In this document: positions 63,263 to 64,000 of the stretch, piece by piece | Layout: each line of letters starts with the position of its first letter | Numbering within the stretch: position 1 is the first letter of the stretch | Origin: Sedimentisphaerales bacterium | Lineage (GTDB): Bacteria; Planctomycetota; Phycisphaerae; Sedimentisphaerales; SM23-30 | Length of the DNA stretch: 64,000 nt | Strand: one strand, 5' to 3' | Assembly: GCA_963666285.1 (NCBI GenBank) | Contig: OY762711.1 | Position numbers and translations under genes: made by a program | Notes under the pieces: model-generated | Seen by the model: only the letters and a program-made list of their open reading frames with translations | What the model was told of the DNA's origin: nothing | Databases searched by the model: none

Positions 63263-64000
63263 TTATTCCAGTACGGGATAAATACGGTTACTATTTAACC
63301 AGCTAGCGGCTAAAATGGCAAAGTCACCAATATCAACCTGGCAGTTATTGTCAAGGTCAAGAGTCAGGTCCTGGGTACCTTCGTTATCGCATACCCATCC
63401 GCCATTAACGGCGAGATAATCCTGAGCAATCTGGTCGGTAGTCCTGGCATAATTATAGATCCTGACATCATCTAGTGTGCCGTTCAGGAACTGAGCGGCT
63501 TCACCTGTTTCTACAGATAAATTACTGCAAGCGAGTTTTAACGGTGCATCGACGCCGGTACCATAAGAGAACCCGGTAACAGACGACTGGAGTTCACCGT
63601 CGAGATAGATTCTGGCGTTGCCAGAAGCTTCATCGAAAGTAGCGGTAACATGATGCCACTGCCCTTCGGCAAGGACTGCCATGCCAGCGCCGGTTACACC
63701 ATTCCTGGCAAATGCGAGTCCGCCACCGTCAATATCCTGGCCAATCTGCCACATCATCTCTTCGGCAGTCCATGCGAATCGTCTGTCGATAACGCCCTGC
63801 CAGTCACCGTTAGTGCCGGCATAGTTAATCCAGAATTCAATGGTCAGTCCGGTACCCATATCTTCGACATCGACATCACCGGCAGAGGCGTATTGCCCCC
63901 AGGCACTGTTCGGATCGGTTGAATCGCTATTATTAAACCAAAGAGCACCATCGCCGATCTTGCCGCTGACAAGAGTTGGGAAATCGAGCGAGTTGTCATT
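63263..64000 (-). CDS. LamG-domain extracellular protein, C-terminal part (starts beyond the window)
   Basis: LTIEFW, GQWHHVTATFD, IYLDG, LNGTLDDVRIYNYA; dockerin-like tail DLDNNCQVDIGDFAILAASWL. Confidence 0.85.
   Translation of the reverse strand, partial: NDNSLDFPTLVSGKIGDGALWFNNSDSTDPNSAWGQYASAGDVDVEDMGTGLTIEFWINYAGTNGDWQGVIDRRFAWTAEEMMWQIGQDIDGGGLAFARNGVTGAGMAVLAEGQWHHVTATFDEASGNARIYLDGELQSSVTGFSYGTGVDAPLKLACSNLSVETGEAAQFLNGTLDDVRIYNYARTTDQIAQDYLAVNGGWVCDNEGTQDLTLDLDNNCQVDIGDFAILAASWLNSNRIYPVLE

Overview
Ordinary-looking bacterial chromosome segment, AT-rich in intergenic DNA. I infer Planctomycetota, probably Phycisphaerae/Sedimentisphaerales-like, from a GLUG-type surface protein, a LamG protein ending in a 'D-x-D-x-N-C-x-V-D-x-x-D-F-x-x-L-A-x-x-W-L' tail, a DUF1559-like prepilin and an FlgI-like protein with a helical extension. 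It carries housekeeping genes (HU/IHF, cold-shock protein, lpxB, sppA, ftsI-like PBP, rsmG, obgE, xerC, lolC/E-like, yggS, trxA, tatA, panC, dgt, smc), tRNA-Thr(CGT), one IS200-type element and three copies of a ~190-bp MITE-like repeat. Three features stand out. (1) A recurring sigma28-like promoter, T(A/T/C)AAG-like-N16-(G/T)(C/T)CGAT, precedes HU, a ParA-CBM48 fusion and its MinD-like partner, a tolB-like...xerC gene string, an HD-like gene and smc; four of these also have leaders with GGA-loop hairpins (CsrA/Rsm-like sites). This is a candidate developmental chromosome-organisation regulon. (2) A run of three SPFH/HflKC-like genes, a P1B ATPase, an ABC transporter and a helical protein, with no ftsH in the window. 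(3) A ParA fused to a glycogen-binding module next to a degenerate MinD/FlhG-like protein. All calls come from motif recognition by eye; no searches were run.
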